A stretch of 64,000 nucleotides of DNA from Eledone cirrhosa. Lineage: Eukaryota. Both the position numbers and the translations under genes were made by a program. The notes below the pieces were generated by a model, which ran no database searches, was not told the origin of the DNA, and saw only the letters and a list, made by a program, of their open reading frames with translations. Positions 57,992-64,000 of this stretch are shown piece after piece. How positions within the stretch are numbered: the first letter of the stretch is position 1; the number at the start of each line of letters is the position of its first letter. The stretch is from NCBI GenBank assembly GCA_964016885.1, contig OZ024740.1, forward strand, positions 92,318,001 to 92,382,000. Direction: 5' to 3'.

Positions 57992-58765
57992 GTACAGAGA
58001 AAATACCAGTAGATAACGTTATATTCCTTCTTCGATCATTATACCTAAAGCTTATAATTTTAAGCAGACAGTATTTTGATTTAGGTGTCATAGAAATCGT
58101 TTCGTTTCGCTTTTTCTACTCTCCGAAATGCGATTATTGCTGAATTTCTATCTGTATTAATCTCCCCAGTCTTATAATTAATTTGTTAATAATTTTATTG
58201 ACAGGTTAATTGCATAAGTTTATTTTAAGAACTACCTGGTTGAGTGCTTATTCGATTTGTGCTATTTATGCAATTTTTGGCATGGTATACACATACTAAA
58301 TTCATTTGTAAAATCTGGGGTTTTCTTTCTCCTTGTGAATTCCACATGTGCTTTTACGCGGCTCTGTGTCATTAACAAATTTGGTACGGAGCAAAATACC
58401 TGTTAATAACGTGATATTCCTTGTTCGATCATTAAACCTAAAGCTTATAATTTTAAGTAGAGAGTATTTTGATTTAGGTGTCATAGAAACCCTGCATTTG
58501 GATTTTAACATCAATTCCAATGGGGAAGGTCTGTGTTTTTTTTATCATTGATTTTGTTTTGACCTGTTTAGCTTGATTTTCTTTTTGGTTTAAGTGGTGG
58601 ATGCTTTCTTGAACACTGTTTCAGTTTTGTATGACGTTTTAACATATGTTTTAGCTCTGGTTTTTTAACCATGGAGCGCTTGCCAGCATTATTTCTGATT
58701 TTTACGTTTCGTTTCGTTTTACCTACCCGCCGAAATGCGATTATCGCTGAATTTATATTTGTATA
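57992..58765. repeat. Diverged local duplication with a ~215-bp indel
   Basis: 57992-58096 matches 58383-58488 and 58097-58157 matches 58705-58765. Confidence 0.7.
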
Positions 58766-58774
58766 TATGTGTCA

Positions 58775-61260
<2,486 letters not shown>

Positions 61261-61369
61261 GAAGGGCTTTATTATAGTAATTATATTGTATTATTTATTA
61301 TACATTATATATATATGTGTGTGTGTATGTGTATGTATATATATGTATATATATATATATGTATGTATA

Positions 61370-61451
<82 letters not shown>

Positions 61452-61460
61452 TATAAATAC

Positions 61461-61623
<163 letters not shown>

Positions 61624-61636
61624 CATATACATATAT

Positions 61637-64000
61637 AAGAAGTTGTAGTTCACTTGAAGCTTTGTTTAATAAGGTATAAACGTCTGTAGCTGTAATGCCA
61701 AGACAATTCAGGTATATAGAATATAAATGCAAATGCGAAGATATTGTTGACAATTAGTCTATTACCTTAAATTTATTTAATTATCCTTAATTTTCGAGAT
61801 AATATCTCTTCTCCGGAGGGAAGTTAAGTGGTTAATCCAGTATTCTAATTAGCTTGCCAAGTCATGCTGTCAGGAAATGGTATAGCGATTCCATTCTATC
61901 TCCATTGTTAAAGAGTGAATGTTAGGTGGATAAAGAGTAGTCTCCCTATAAAAGAGGTTTTGTTCACGTATGTTTAAGTGTGTGGGAGAATACGTGAAGG
62001 CGTAAGTATGCTTGTGCGCGTGTGTGTGTGTGTGTGTGAGAGAGAGTGCGTGTCAGAAGTTATTACTATACGCAAATGTGGGAGCCAGATGCTCTATCAT
62101 GTTAAAACTGGTATTTGTGTTTGTATGTGTGTGCGAGAGAGAATAAGTTGAGGTGTATGTGTGCGCGTGTGCGTGTGTGTGTACGTGTGTGTGTGCGTGT
62201 GTTTCTGTGAGAGGGGGGTGTAAGTGTGGGGCTAGGTGCTCTATCATGTTATAAATTGGGGGTTGAGTCCTAGTTTATTATTGATTGGTGGTTGTGTTTT
62301 GTCTATAATCAGTGCTTCCTTAATTCTAAGATTGCCGAGATTTCTTTCCTTAGTTTCGATCCTAACTGTTATGTTTTTGTCGGTGTTTTTGCATCTCACT
62401 AGGTATTGAGGTGTTCTCTTGGTATTGAGGGGTACTTTTATTCTTATGTGAAGTGGTATGGTGGTGCTACCTGCGTAGAAATTGCTGCATTTGTCGCACT
62501 CTAATCTGTATACGACATACGCCTGGTGGCATAGGTATGTGTCGTTGATGGGGCGGTTGGCTAGCCTGCAGCGGCTGTCATGTCTGGTGGAGTGTCTTTT
62601 GGTTATCTGTCCGCGTAGAGAAGATCGTGAGTGGGCTAGTTGGATATCTAGTCCCTCTCGTCTGATAGCTCTTCGGATAGCTGTTGTTGTTTCTTCACTG
62701 AAATGTTGGAGCTTCAGGAAGCAGGTGTTAGTGCCTCGGGTGTGGTGGCCTCTGTTCTTTCTAGCATGGTTGGCGGTGGAAGTCGGGTATCCGTTCAGTA
62801 TGAGTACTTCCACGAAATGTGTGGTGTGTGTGTCTCGGTCTTTTGCGTCGGTGCATTTGTTCCGGATACGTATCAGTTCGTTCCTTATGTATCCGAACTT
62901 AGCGCCGGCTGGGAGGGCCGATCTGAAATGTACGAACAGGTTGCTGCTGGCGGCTTTTTTTATAGAAGCAGGTGTGGATGTTGCCTTCCTCTGTTAGCCA
63001 GAGTTGGAAGTCCAGTAGGGATAGGGATCCGCGGTCATCGGGGTGTTCCATGCTGAACTCTATACTGGCGTCCATGCTGGAAAATGTCGTGTATATTTTA
63101 TCCGCCTCCTCACCGGATGATGTAAGGATGAGTATGTCATCTACATATTGGATGAAGTAGGTATGGGAATGGCAGGTGTTGAGGGCTCGGCATTCTATCT
63201 GTTCAAATAGGTGATGGCCAGAGAGGCCCGATAGGGTGGATCACATGGGTAATCCTGTTGTCTGTCTGTATGTTTGGTGTGGAATGTGAAGTACGTGTTA
63301 TCTACTGTGAAGGACAAAAGCTGGTGTATGTCCATCGGATGGAGGCCATAGCAGTGGATGTCCTCTGCGACCAGGCAGTCCGTCAATAAATCGACAGCGG
63401 GATGAGCGGTGACTGTAGTGTAGAGGGAGGCAACGTCGAGGCTAAAGGCGTATCTATTTTGTTTAAGATGTTCTGGCTTGAGTTGGAGTAGTCTACGTAT
63501 GACTTCGTCGGAGCTACTGACATGCCGCGAAAGGTGGAGAGTAGAGGCTTGAGGACCTGAGTGAGGAGCCAAGAGATTTTGTATAGGGGTCCTTCTATGC
63601 TAGAGACCATGGGTCTTATTTGTGCTTAGTACTATTCTTGTGGGTCTTGATGTGGTGACAGAAAATGGCAGTCTGCTATTTCTAGTGGTATAGTTGAGCT
63701 TAACTTTATTTGGGAGTGTCTTCTCCTACATATGTCATACCAGATGGAGTTGGCCTGATTTTCGATCTGGGCTACAGTCATGTCCGGGATCTCTGTATAT
63801 AGTTCGTTGTCGCTTAGGTCTTCAAAAGCTAGTTTGTTGTATGTGGTTTGAGAGAGACAAAACAATCTTTACCTTTGTCGGATGGTAAGTATATAAGTTC
63901 CCTACTCCATAGGTTCTTCAGGCCGAATTGTTGTGTACTTGAGGGGTTAGGGTCTATCTTCTTCTGTTTCCGTAAGATGTTAAATACGGAATGTTTTAGC
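61637..64000 (-). mobile_element. Decayed PLE (YVDD-type RT plus GIY-YIG) with 3' pseudo-LTR and HHR (61772-61825); runs off the window end
   Basis: RPMVSSIEGP, FSLDVASLYT, YVDDILI, YVVYRLECDKCSNFYAGST; pseudo-LTR homologous to 22945-23327. Confidence 0.85.

Overview
AT-rich eukaryotic genomic DNA with no supportable host protein-coding gene. The SINE family, very long (TA)n/(CA)n tracts and transposon mix suggest an octopod cephalopod (inference). The window is mostly decayed transposons sitting in microsatellites. About ten Penelope-like element (PLE) insertions or derivatives are present, with RT/GIY-YIG remnants of at least three lineages and often inverted pseudo-LTRs plus a one-sided tail. 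Also present: a CR1/L2-type LINE, two R4/Dong-type LINE fragments each joined tail-to-tail to a Tx1/L1-type LINE, an RTE-like 5' end, four copies of one tRNA-derived SINE, a non-autonomous Helitron and a mariner/Tc1 fragment. The main signal is RNA structure: roughly 20 hammerhead-ribozyme (HHR) motifs of several families, including a retrozyme-like tandem array at 25.4-30.1 kb. The best candidate for something undescribed is a ~65-nt motif in 5 copies from 3 diverged families (9240, 17224, 17989, 18767, 39404). It has covarying helices forming a kink-turn hairpin whose loop makes a pseudoknot, and it carries hammerhead core elements (AUA, GAAA, CUGAUGA) in an order matching none of HHR types I-III. 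All calls were made by eye; boundaries are approximate and no ribozyme activity is demonstrated.
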